The position numbers and the translations under genes were made by a program. A model generated the notes under the pieces. That model did not search any database. It saw only the letters and a program-made list of their open reading frames with translations, and was not told where the DNA came from. From Candidatus Pacearchaeota archaeon (GTDB lineage Archaea > Nanobdellota > Nanobdellia > Pacearchaeales > GW2011-AR1), in assembly GCA_017609405.1 (NCBI GenBank), contig JAFCDZ010000003.1, forward strand, positions 1 through 50,273: DNA of 50,273 bases. The letters run 5' to 3'. Positions 34,581 to 44,460 of this stretch are shown piece after piece; the stretch's first letter is position 1; each line of letters begins with the position of its first letter.

Positions 34581-36950
34581 ATGGAAATTGATGAGGTTGG
34601 AAATATAACTCTAAGCGAAAAGGAAAAACTAACTTTATCTGCTCTTTTCCATGATTTGGGGAAGTCTTCTTGGAGAAGGCTTCCAGAAGAAGTATTGAGA
34701 ACGAAAAAAGGTATCTTGAATCATGAAGCCCTCAATAAAGATTTTATTGAAAAACTTCCAGAAGGGTTACGATCTTTTAAGGAAATAATAAACGATAAAA
34801 CATCTATTTTAAGAAAGATATATAAAGTAGGAGATTGGATAGCGGCACAACAAAGAGAATCTTTAGATGATGTAAACGAAGAATATTTAAGAGAGAGCGT
34901 TAAAAAAAGACCTTTAAAAAACATCTTTAATAGGGAATATTACTATAGAGATTCCTCCTTATCCACAAAATTTGAAAATTTCTTTGTTAAAAAGGATATA
35001 GAATTTGAAGGTTTTAGAAAAGAATTAGATAAAAAATTTAAAAAAGAAATAAGCTTAGTGAGGTTGAAAGGAATTGACTTTGATGAACTTATAGTCATCT
35101 TAGCTTCTATCATTCAAAAATATACAATCACAATCCCTGAAGGGGCTTATAAAACAGAACCTCTTGTTGATTTATTCACCCATACTAAACTTACAACTGC
35201 TTTAACTATTGCGCTTTATGAATACTATAAAGAAACTGGAGAAAAAGAAAAAATAGAAGAATTATATGAAAAATTAAATGAAATATTTAATAAAATCTTA
35301 GAGATTCAAAAAGAAAAAAAAGAGATTCAAAAAAAGATAAGTGAAACCCTTATGGAAGAAAAAAATACAATTTTTGGAAAATTTAAACCTTTTTTATCAA
35401 TTAGGGGGGATTTGTCTGGAATACAGAACTTCATTTTTAATATAAAAGGGAGTAAAGCATTAAAAAATCTAAAGTGGAGATCTTTTTTTATTTCTTTTTT
35501 AATGGATGTTATATCACAAAATTTAGCAAAAAAACTTGGAATGACTTATTTAAATATCCTTTTTTGTTCTGGAGGAAATTTTGAAATAATCGCGCATAAT
35601 ACAAAAAAAAGTAAAGATATAATTGAAAAATTTGGTGAAGAAATAAATAAATTTCTGTTTGATAAATTTAGGGGGATTTTGTTTTTAGATTTATCTTATG
35701 AAGAATTAAGTGCTTATGATTTCTCATCTGCAAAGAGTAATGAGATTACTTTCCAAGGTAATAGACTTAACAAAAAAAATCGTAAATTTATAGAAATTTT
35801 AGATTTTGTTTTAAAAGGAGATGATGTTAAAACAAGATGTGAAATTTGTGATGCTCCAATTAGTAATAAAAATAATGAAGGGTTATGTAATTTATGTTTA
35901 AAATTAGGCAAATTAAATCCTAAGGAGATCTATGAATTTTTAGATTATAAAAATTTATTAAAAAAATTCTTTGGAAAAAATCCTCTTGAGAAAGATTTGT
36001 TTATAAGAAAAATAAACATTAATAACTTTAATGCATATCCGTTCAAATTTTATGGAGGGATTCCCCCCTACACTAGAGAAAGTGGTAAGAGAGACTATCT
36101 TAATATTGATGATGAGGGAGTAGTAGGGGATTATCTTGGAGCAGCGAAATTAGATGTTGATAATTTGGGAAAATTGTTTAGAAGAGGGGGGGAATCTCTA
36201 ATTAATATTTTTATGAATGAGACTATAAGGTCTCGATTGAGTTTTAATTTATATTGGTTTTTTGAAGGAATAATTTTAGATATTCATAAGGGTAAGAATA
36301 ATGAAAATGAAAAAAATTATCATGAAAAAGTATCAATAATATTCTCAGGGGGGGATGACTTGTTTATTATAGGACAGTGGGATTATGTTCTTGAATTTTT
36401 AAATAGATTATATAAAGAATGGAAAAAATTTGTTGGGTTTAACGAAAAGATAACTCTTTCTGCATCATTTAATATTTTTAGAAAAAAATATCCTATAAAA
36501 AAAATTGCAGAGGAATTAGAAGAAGAATTAGAAAATGCTAAAGAATTTCCGGAAAAAAATAGAATCTCAATAATGAGCAATGTTTTCAGATGGGGCTTAT
36601 TTGAAGAATCTGTTAATAACAAAAGAGAAGATGAATTTAAAATGATTATTAAATTAAAAAAACAATTGGGGAATATACTTAAAAAAGAAAAGAAAAAAGG
36701 ATTTTTAAACAGGATAATTGAAATAACCCTGCAGATAATTAAATCTAAACAAAGAAAGGATTTGCCGAAGATATGGGCTATAAGATACTATGTTTATAGG
36801 TCATTTAAAAAGCTTGATAAAGAAACACGGGAATTTCTAAGGAGTTATGATGGATTTTTAAGAGATTGGTATCTGAATACCGATAAAAATATAAATCCTT
36901 ATGTATTTATTATTTCAGCAAAACTTGTTGAGTTAGAAAGTAGAAAATGA
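34581..36950 (+). CDS. cas10: Type III-A Cas10/Csm1 with HD nuclease and cyclase domains
   Basis: FHDLGK, GDLSGIQNFIF, GGNF, CxxC...CxxC, KLDVDNLG, SGGDDLF. Confidence 0.96.
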   Translation: MEIDEVGNITLSEKEKLTLSALFHDLGKSSWRRLPEEVLRTKKGILNHEALNKDFIEKLPEGLRSFKEIINDKTSILRKIYKVGDWIAAQQRESLDDVNEEYLRESVKKRPLKNIFNREYYYRDSSLSTKFENFFVKKDIEFEGFRKELDKKFKKEISLVRLKGIDFDELIVILASIIQKYTITIPEGAYKTEPLVDLFTHTKLTTALTIALYEYYKETGEKEKIEELYEKLNEIFNKILEIQKEKKEIQKKISETLMEEKNTIFGKFKPFLSIRGDLSGIQNFIFNIKGSKALKNLKWRSFFISFLMDVISQNLAKKLGMTYLNILFCSGGNFEIIAHNTKKSKDIIEKFGEEINKFLFDKFRGILFLDLSYEELSAYDFSSAKSNEITFQGNRLNKKNRKFIEILDFVLKGDDVKTRCEICDAPISNKNNEGLCNLCLKLGKLNPKEIYEFLDYKNLLKKFFGKNPLEKDLFIRKININNFNAYPFKFYGGIPPYTRESGKRDYLNIDDEGVVGDYLGAAKLDVDNLGKLFRRGGESLINIFMNETIRSRLSFNLYWFFEGIILDIHKGKNNENEKNYHEKVSIIFSGGDDLFIIGQWDYVLEFLNRLYKEWKKFVGFNEKITLSASFNIFRKKYPIKKIAEELEEELENAKEFPEKNRISIMSNVFRWGLFEESVNNKREDEFKMIIKLKKQLGNILKKEKKKGFLNRIIEITLQIIKSKQRKDLPKIWAIRYYVYRSFKKLDKETREFLRSYDGFLRDWYLNTDKNINPYVFIISAKLVELESRK

Positions 36951-37333
36951 GAAATAATATGAGTAGGGGCTTACGATATCATGAAAAAATGGACTTAACA
37001 AAAATTTTTGAAGTCGATGAACTTGAGTGTATAGACGTTGCTAAGAAATTTGTTAAAGATAACATAAAAGGAGGTAATAAAAATAAAACAACACAATTAA
37101 GAAAATTTTATGATATCATTGTAAGCTTAGAGGAAGGTAAGGAAAATAAAGATAAACTAGCAAAGTTAAAGATATTACTAGTATACAGTTACGCAAGGAA
37201 AAATATTTCAAAAAGTTTTTATGAGAGTCTTTTGCGATTGATAGATGAAGTTGCAAAAGATACCGAAAAAATTAAAAGATTCAAAGAATTTATGGAAGCA
37301 GTTATAGCATATATGAAAATAGAGGAGAAATAA
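36947..37333 (+). CDS. csm2: Type III-A small subunit Csm2
   Basis: TTQLRKFYD, Y..AR, FMEAVIAY. Confidence 0.94.
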   Translation: MRNNMSRGLRYHEKMDLTKIFEVDELECIDVAKKFVKDNIKGGNKNKTTQLRKFYDIIVSLEEGKENKDKLAKLKILLVYSYARKNISKSFYESLLRLIDEVAKDTEKIKRFKEFMEAVIAYMKIEEK

Positions 37334-37334
37334 G

Positions 37335-37970
37335 ATGGAAAAAGATAATGAAGTGATTGAAAATAAAGGATTACAATATGAGATAAAAAAAGTGGTAATA
37401 ACCGTACTTACAGGACTTCATATTGGTGGAAGTAGAGAAACAAAGATAGGAGGGGTTGATTCCCCTGTAATAAAAATTTATGATGAAGAATTAAATATGG
37501 AACTCCCATATATTCCAGGTAGTTCTTTAAAGGGGAAATTAAGGGCTTTATTAGAAGAATATTATCAAAATAGGGATAAAGAAGAAATCAAATTAACATT
37601 TGGTACTCCTGCTGGAGATAATCAAAATAATTGGCATACGTTAATCTTTAGGGATTTGTTCTTATCTAAAAAAATAATAGAGAGGCTAAAAGAAATGGAT
37701 TATGAACAAAGGTCTGATTTTTTATATGAAGTAAAGTTCGAGAATACAATTAATCGAGAAAGCGGTAAATCAGAAAATTTAAGACAAATTGAGAGAGTAA
37801 ATCCAGGAATAATCTTTGAAGGGGAAATTGTGATAAGATATAAAGATAATGAGGAATTAAATAAGAGTGAGGAAATATTAGATAAAGGTGTTGAATTGCT
37901 TGAAAAAGATTATCTTGGGGGTAATGGGACAAGGGGTTATGGAAGAATAACCATAGAAATAAAGGATTGA
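37335..37970 (+). CDS. csm3: Type III-A Cas7 backbone Csm3
   Basis: TGLHIGG, GGVDSPV (catalytic Asp), PYIPGSSLKGK, ENTINR, R..ERV, YLGGNGTRGYG. Confidence 0.96.
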   Translation: MEKDNEVIENKGLQYEIKKVVITVLTGLHIGGSRETKIGGVDSPVIKIYDEELNMELPYIPGSSLKGKLRALLEEYYQNRDKEEIKLTFGTPAGDNQNNWHTLIFRDLFLSKKIIERLKEMDYEQRSDFLYEVKFENTINRESGKSENLRQIERVNPGIIFEGEIVIRYKDNEELNKSEEILDKGVELLEKDYLGGNGTRGYGRITIEIKD

Positions 37971-37990
37971 TAAATTAGTTAAATTCTAAA

Positions 37991-38965
37991 ATGAAAGTAA
38001 TAAAACTATATCCAAAGAAAGGATCCTTTTTTAGTTTTGGTGGATTTGGTTTTAAAAGGGATTTAATATTTCATTCAGATAGCTTAATCTCTGCATTAGC
38101 TTGGAACAGTGAAAATCCTAAAGAATTTATAGAAAAAATAATTGAAGATAATTTGAGAATATCTTCATTATTTATTGGAATTGAAAAAAATAATAATGAA
38201 ATCTTTTTTATACCAAGACCGATAACTTCAAATAGAGAGATAATTGAGGATGTATTTGGGGGTTTATATTTGAGAGATAGAAAGATCTTTAAGAAAAACG
38301 AGTTCATATCGTTTGGGATTCTGAATAAAATAATAAATGAAAATAGGATTAAAAAAGAAGAGGTAAAATTTATCCACGGAAAAAAATTTATGTGTTTAAA
38401 AGAAGAATTGCCTGTTGAAATTGACAATTTATTTACAATAATTAAAAGAGACAGAATTAAAATTCCAAGGAGTTTTGATAATGGTAAAACCGAATTATTT
38501 AATTTAGAAGGATTCGTTCCTAAAAAAGACGTTTTTTTCTATTTCATTTTAGATGGAAAAACAAACCTCATTGAAAAACCCTTACAGAATTTAATAAATT
38601 CTTCAGGGATTGGAGGGGACATCTCTATAGGGGGAGGGGTTATTGAAAGATATCTAATAAATGAATTCAACTTTTACAAAACTAATAAAATAAACCCTCC
38701 ATTTATGTCTTTATCACTTGTTTATCCGACAGATGAAGAAATAGAAGATATAAAGAAAAATAATTCAGAATATAAATTAATAAATAGAGGAGGTTTTATA
38801 TTTAATTCAGGTTTTAGGAGGAGAACTATTTATATGTTATCTGAAGGATCTGTATTTAACTCGCCCGTTAAAGGAACTATAGAAAAAGTTTATGATAACC
38901 CTCCTTCGGTTAAATTTGGAATCTCTTTTTTAATAAATTTAAATAATCCTAAAAATGAACTATGA
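37991..38965 (+). CDS. csm4: Type III-A Cas5-like Csm4
   Basis: HSDSLISAL, ISSLF, GIGGDISIGGG, SLSLVYP, RGG, EGSVF. Confidence 0.93.
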   Translation: MKVIKLYPKKGSFFSFGGFGFKRDLIFHSDSLISALAWNSENPKEFIEKIIEDNLRISSLFIGIEKNNNEIFFIPRPITSNREIIEDVFGGLYLRDRKIFKKNEFISFGILNKIINENRIKKEEVKFIHGKKFMCLKEELPVEIDNLFTIIKRDRIKIPRSFDNGKTELFNLEGFVPKKDVFFYFILDGKTNLIEKPLQNLINSSGIGGDISIGGGVIERYLINEFNFYKTNKINPPFMSLSLVYPTDEEIEDIKKNNSEYKLINRGGFIFNSGFRRRTIYMLSEGSVFNSPVKGTIEKVYDNPPSVKFGISFLINLNNPKNEL

Positions 38966-39998
38966 AGAATTAAAGATAGAATTAGAAACATTAACCCCTA
39001 TTTCTATAAAGGATGGTGGGGAGAGAGGAGAAATAATTCCTATAGAGTATTATATTGATGGAAACAATTTAATCATAATCGATTTTGATGATTTTATAAA
39101 AAAATTATTAAAAAAGGGTATTGATCTTGAAGAAGTTATAAAATACATTGAAGAAAATATAGATAATCGGTTTGAGATTAATTTTAAAAATCTTGCTGAA
39201 AAATTTGGAATTGCTCCAAGGGATGTGCTAGAAAGATTTATTTTACCCGTAACTAAAAAATTTAAACTAGCCAAACTTGAATTAAATAAATTTGTACTCA
39301 AAACTCAAGGAGGGGAAATTAAAAGAATCCCCTATATTCCGGGAAGTTCAATTAAAGGTGCTATCGATACCCTAAGTGAATTTAAATACCGAAATGAAAT
39401 TTTGAAACTAAAAAGAGATATCAAAGAACAATGGAGAGGGGATAGAAGATACATATGGGAGTATAAAAGAGAGATGAAAAAGTCTTTTAATGGATTATGG
39501 AGGCACATTTTTATAGAGGATGTTTTTTTAGATAAACTCACAAATTATATTGAAGAAACAGGTTATATTTTTCCAAGGAATAAAAAAGTTAGTAGCCTAA
39601 TTTTTCAGGAATTTATTGAAGGAAAAGGAAAATTTAAGATTAAACTTCCTGAAGAAAATATAACGATCCGAACAAAATTTTCTATCAAACAATTAGGATT
39701 CAATAAAGAGGACTTAATTAAATATTCAAAAGAATATTATTCAAGAGTTATACAGATGATAGAACTAATAGTAAAAAAGATTTCTCTAGATGAATCAATA
39801 AAGGAGGATATACTTAAGCAGGTATATTTCCTAAAAGAAGAGGTTTATAACTTAAAGGAGAATGAATTCATATTGAATGTTGGATCAGGAGGCTCAAAAT
39901 ATTCAAAAACATTAAATTTCATAGATGATAATGTAAAAACAATAAAACTTGCTGGAAAAAATTTGTTGGGATGGATAAAATGCAGAATCGTAAATTGA
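38955..39998 (+). CDS. csm5: Type III-A Csm5
   Basis: LETLTPISI, PYIPGSSIKGA, VGSGGSKYSKT, LGW. Confidence 0.92.
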   Translation: MNYEELKIELETLTPISIKDGGERGEIIPIEYYIDGNNLIIIDFDDFIKKLLKKGIDLEEVIKYIEENIDNRFEINFKNLAEKFGIAPRDVLERFILPVTKKFKLAKLELNKFVLKTQGGEIKRIPYIPGSSIKGAIDTLSEFKYRNEILKLKRDIKEQWRGDRRYIWEYKREMKKSFNGLWRHIFIEDVFLDKLTNYIEETGYIFPRNKKVSSLIFQEFIEGKGKFKIKLPEENITIRTKFSIKQLGFNKEDLIKYSKEYYSRVIQMIELIVKKISLDESIKEDILKQVYFLKEEVYNLKENEFILNVGSGGSKYSKTLNFIDDNVKTIKLAGKNLLGWIKCRIVN

Positions 39999-41389
39999 TT
40001 TTGGTTATAACCTTAGGAAATAAGGACATCCAAATAGATGAAAGGAATTTCAAAAAGATAACAAACGTTTTGTTATTAAAAGATATGTTTATTAAACTTA
40101 ATGGGAAATATCTAATAAACAAGAATAATTTTAGGGAATCTACAGAAAGGATTTTAGAAAAGGAAATTTTTGATAATATAAAGGGTTCAATTGAACTGCC
40201 AATAATTTTTCCGTTCTTGGAAAAATTTAGGGATTACTCAAAGATATTCCTTCTTTCTACAGACCAACAAGATAAAAATAAAACAGACACTGTTTATTCA
40301 GCAGAAATAATTAAAAGATATCTTGAAGAAAAAGGTTTTTCTTCTATTGAAATTTTGAAAATTACACATAATCCAACAGACATAAAAGAAAATTTAGAAT
40401 TTATAATAAGAGAAGTCGGATATCTTTTAAAGGAAGAAAATTCTCATATAAGTTTTTTAGCATCTTCTGGAACACCACAATTAAAAGAAGCAATAATGCT
40501 TTTCAAAATATTCAAAAAAAATGTCCGAATTTATGAAGCTTCTAATGGAGAAGTTTATGAAAAAAATAGTGAATATCTTGAAAAATATATTCTATACTCA
40601 AAAATTCTTGATGCTTTAAATTCTTCAAATTACAATCTGATTAATAATTTTAAGGAATTTCTTGGAGAAGATTTTTTAGAAAAGTTTAATGAGCTTTACA
40701 AATATTATTTATTTACTGAGTTACCGAAGGATCCTGATTTAATTAGGGATTATCAAGAAAAACTAAACCTTTTGTTAAGCCATATTTTTGATAGGATAAA
40801 TGCAAGAGAAGGCAATGTCGTTGTCGGAGAGATTTATGTTTTGTTTCAAAATATGATATATCTTTTGTTTCTAAGATTATCTAAGAAATTAGAACTTATA
40901 GAAGGAGGGGAATTAAAATATCTTGGAGAATCTGGAGAAAAAAAAGATAAAATAAAAAAAGTAATGAGGAATTGTTTTGTTGAATGGATGAGGCTTATTT
41001 TTAAACGGCTTGAAATAAACGAGGAAGCATTATTAGATGAAAAGGATATAAAAATAACTGCTTCTGGAAAATTTTTAAAAAAATTTAATGAACTAACTTC
41101 AGAAATAGAGACTGAAAATATTGATAGAAATAGATTTCTTAGGTTGGAGGAGCTTTATGATAAAATAGAAAAAATTCTTTCGCTAAGGAATAGAACAATT
41201 TTAGCTCATGATTTAAGAGGATTCACCCTAAGAGAAATTTTAGAAGAAGCAGATTTTATTAGCGAGAATGAATTAAAAAATTTCCTAATAAAACATTTTG
41301 AGAATATTGTTGGTGTAGGGTTTAGAGATGTATTTTTTGAAAAAAAGGAAGAACTTAAGAAAATTCTCAAAGAAGATATAATGAAATGA
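39971..41389 (+). CDS. Csm6-like CARF-HEPN cyclic-oligoadenylate-activated effector (divergent)
   Basis: TLGNKD, STDQ...DT, NPTD, SSGTPQ CARF motifs; C-terminal RNRTILAH HEPN motif; lies between csm5 and cas1; may start at 39980. Confidence 0.75.
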   Translation: MDKMQNRKLILVITLGNKDIQIDERNFKKITNVLLLKDMFIKLNGKYLINKNNFRESTERILEKEIFDNIKGSIELPIIFPFLEKFRDYSKIFLLSTDQQDKNKTDTVYSAEIIKRYLEEKGFSSIEILKITHNPTDIKENLEFIIREVGYLLKEENSHISFLASSGTPQLKEAIMLFKIFKKNVRIYEASNGEVYEKNSEYLEKYILYSKILDALNSSNYNLINNFKEFLGEDFLEKFNELYKYYLFTELPKDPDLIRDYQEKLNLLLSHIFDRINAREGNVVVGEIYVLFQNMIYLLFLRLSKKLELIEGGELKYLGESGEKKDKIKKVMRNCFVEWMRLIFKRLEINEEALLDEKDIKITASGKFLKKFNELTSEIETENIDRNRFLRLEELYDKIEKILSLRNRTILAHDLRGFTLREILEEADFISENELKNFLIKHFENIVGVGFRDVFFEKKEELKKILKEDIMK

Positions 41390-42378
41390 GGGAGGATCTT
41401 TATATTAACAAACCAGGATTATTAAAAAGAAATGGAAACACTTTAAAATTGGAATCAAAAGATTTTTCAAGATTTTATCCTATTGAAAATATAAACTCAA
41501 TACATATATTTTCAGAGGTAACTATGAATTCTAAATTAATGAGATTTCTGGGAAATAAGATGATACCAATCTATTTTTATAGTTATTATGGAACAAACGT
41601 TGGAAAATTTATTCCAAAAAAGAACCATTTTTCTGGAAAGTTGTTTTTAAAACAAGCGGGTTTTTATAAAAGCTTTGAAAGAATTGAAATTGCTAAAGAG
41701 ATTGTTAAATCTACAATTCTTAATGAAGGGTATCTCTTGAAAAAAAATAAAATAGAAATAGGTGATAAATTGAGTAAGATAATAGGGGAAATTGAAAAAT
41801 GTAGAAAAGTGGATACTCTTCGTGCTTATGAGGGTAACTTTAAGAAATTTTATTTGAAAAAGATTAATAGTCTCATAAGGAAATCTGAGTTTAAATTTAA
41901 GGGGAGGGAAAAAAATCCTCCTACTGATTTATTCAATTCTCTTTTAAGTTTAGGTAATACTTTGCTTTATAATGTTGTTTTAACAGAGATATTAAAAACA
42001 AAAATATCCCCTTTTATTTCATATGTTCATGAACCTTCTGATAATGGATATACCCTTCAATTGGACCTTGCAGATATCTTCAAACCATTATTAGTTGACG
42101 CACTCATTCTTAATTTAATAAATACAGGAACAATAAAAAAAGATAATTTTGAAACAATAGAAAAGAGAGGAATTCAAACATATCGCTTGAATAAGGAAGG
42201 GCTAAGAATATTCATAAATTATTTTTATCAAGGGACAAGGTTTAGATTCTTTTGTAAAAAGAAAAGAAATTATTTTTCTGTAAGATATTTTATAAGGCTT
42301 GATGTTTATAAGATAATTGAATATCTTGAAAAGAAAATTCATAAATTAAACTTTTTTAATTGGGAGAGTATTGAATAA
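41386..42378 (+). CDS. cas1: CRISPR-associated endonuclease Cas1 (I-B-like)
   Basis: G.LKRNGNTL, YEG, R..NPP...NSLLSLGN.LLY, YVHE, LDLADIFKP. Confidence 0.95.
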   Translation: MREDLYINKPGLLKRNGNTLKLESKDFSRFYPIENINSIHIFSEVTMNSKLMRFLGNKMIPIYFYSYYGTNVGKFIPKKNHFSGKLFLKQAGFYKSFERIEIAKEIVKSTILNEGYLLKKNKIEIGDKLSKIIGEIEKCRKVDTLRAYEGNFKKFYLKKINSLIRKSEFKFKGREKNPPTDLFNSLLSLGNTLLYNVVLTEILKTKISPFISYVHEPSDNGYTLQLDLADIFKPLLVDALILNLINTGTIKKDNFETIEKRGIQTYRLNKEGLRIFINYFYQGTRFRFFCKKKRNYFSVRYFIRLDVYKIIEYLEKKIHKLNFFNWESIE

Positions 42379-42644
42379 TGTACATTATTCTTATTTATGA
42401 TGTAAATCAATCAAGAGTGGGAAAGTTTTTAAAGACTTGTAGAAAATACCTTCATTGGATACAGAATTCTGTTTTTGAAGGAGAACTTAGTGATTCAAAG
42501 TTGAAAAAGTTGGAGGAAGAACTCTTAAAGAATACAAAAGGTAATGATTCAATTATCCTTTTTAAATTATGGGCTTCTTATAATATCGTAGAACGCAAAA
42601 TAATTGGAAAAGAAAAAAATAAAATAGATTTTATTGTTGATTGA
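42378..42644 (+). CDS. cas2: CRISPR-associated Cas2
   Basis: YIILIYDV, KYLHWIQNSVFEG, DSIILF. Confidence 0.96.
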   Translation: MYIILIYDVNQSRVGKFLKTCRKYLHWIQNSVFEGELSDSKLKKLEEELLKNTKGNDSIILFKLWASYNIVERKIIGKEKNKIDFIVD

Positions 42645-42744
42645 ATAGTCTATTAGGATATGTGTAATAAATAAAAACCTTTAAAAAACCCCTCTTTTTT
42701 ATATTGATACTCACTTAAAGGTTAAAATTTGGCTATCTCAGCGC
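42645..42744 (+). promoter_or_regulatory. CRISPR leader
   Basis: 100-bp AT-rich non-coding gap between cas2 and the first repeat, with AAAACCTTTAAAAA BRE/TATA-like element. Confidence 0.75.
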
Positions 42745-44397
42745 GTTTAAAAAGAACTATAATAGTATAGAAACGTTTGTTTTGTTTGTTTCCATTTTAT
42801 TTATATTGATATTGTTTAAAAAGAACTATAATAGTATAGAAACTGGAATAGTTCTTTGTAGTTATTCATTTTATATAAGATTGTTTAAAAAGAACTATAA
42901 TAGTATAGAAACCTTTTTTAAGAGTATAAAAATTAATATCTCTTATATCAGTTTAAAAAGAACTATAATAGTATAGAAACTCTTACAGAAGTTATCGAAC
43001 TCCTGCAAAAGGATTGGTTTAAAAAGAACTATAATAGTATAGAAACTTGTTCTACTTGATATTTATGTTTATGACTATTATTGTTTAAAAAGAACTATAA
43101 TAGTATAGAAACATCAAATAAATAAATTATATGAGAATTTTTAAAAAAGTTTAAAAAGAACTATAATAGTATAGAAACAGTTACATAAAATCTGCTTTTT
43201 CCTTTGTAATCCCATTCATGTTTAAAAAGAACTATAATAGTATAGAAACTCCCATTAAAAACATCTAATCTTTTAATTTCCCCGTTTAGTTTAAAAAGAA
43301 CTATAATAGTATAGAAACTTGAATATATACTGATTTCTCTTTTTTATTTAGTTCTTGGTTTAAAAAGAACTATAATAGTATAGAAACTCTTCCCCCACGA
43401 TGCGAACCTCATGGGGTGTTAGTTTAAAAAGAACTATAATAGTATAGAAACTTAAATCATAATCTACACCATAAAGATTTAATAAACTTAGTTTAAAAAG
43501 AACTATAATAGTATAGAAACCTCTTTTCCGATCCACTCTTTCCATTCCATAATGTCATAGTTTAAAAAGAACTATAATAGTATAGAAACCCTTTAAATAT
43601 TCAAAATCATTTTTTGGTTTCCACTCGTTTAAAAAGAACTATAATAGTATAGAAACTTTAAATTTAATTTTTTTAAATCCTCTTCACTGATAATGTTTAA
43701 AAAGAACTATAATAGTATAGAAACTTTGCTCTTGCAATAGCAAGTTTCTTTTTTGAAAATCCTGTTTAAAAAGAACTATAATAGTATAGAAACTGAAATA
43801 TTCAAGCATCTTTATTTCTTCTTCAGTTAAGTTTAAAAAGAACTATAATAGTATAGAAACTTTAATGATGAAAATAATTCATTTATGTTTTTATCAATAG
43901 TTTAAAAAGAACTATAATAGTATAGAAACTCTTTATTATTAGTTTTAAAATGTATCCAATCATTATTAGTTTAAAAAGAACTATAATAGTATAGAAACTC
44001 ATAAACTCCCAATATCTCTAAATAATATTTGCTTGTTTAAAAAGAACTATAATAGTATAGAAACATTTGCCATAGAACCCAAATTTACTTCTCCTTCTCC
44101 TTCTTGTTTAAAAAGAACTATAATAGTATAGAAACCCTAATTTTATAAAGCCAAATCTAAAATAAACTCGTTTATTGTTTAAAAAGAACTATAATAGTAT
44201 AGAAACTTTCTGTATGGCTCATCCTTGTAATCTGAATACTCTAAAGTTTAAAAAGAACTATAATAGTATAGAAACATTTTTTTAAGGTTTGTTGTCTGAC
44301 TAAGAAGTCCAAGTTTAAAAAGAACTATAATAGTATAGAAACCGTTATATATTAGAAAGAATTTATTATTTATAAATAATAGTTTGAAAAGAACTAT
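42745..44397 (+). CRISPR. CRISPR array: 24 identical 30-bp repeats plus a degenerate terminal repeat, 24 spacers of 34-41 nt
   Basis: Repeat GTTTAAAAAGAACTATAATAGTATAGAAAC from 42745 to 44342; degenerate GTTTGAAAAGAACTAT at 44382; orientation from leader, GAAAC 3' end and degenerate end. Confidence 0.98.
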
Positions 44398-44460
44398 TCT
44401 CGTTTCTAATTTATCCGATTAAATAAAAACTTTTTTATACTTCTTTTTTTTATTTTATTC

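Noticed and set aside
43250-43288. Spacer 8 shares GGGGAAATTAAAAGA (15 nt) with csm5 near 39312
   Set aside because: Flanks do not match; too short in AT-rich DNA to call self-targeting. No full self-match was seen in the window by eye
42782-43545. ORFs 42782-42976 and 43360-43545
   Set aside because: They are translations through CRISPR repeats and spacers
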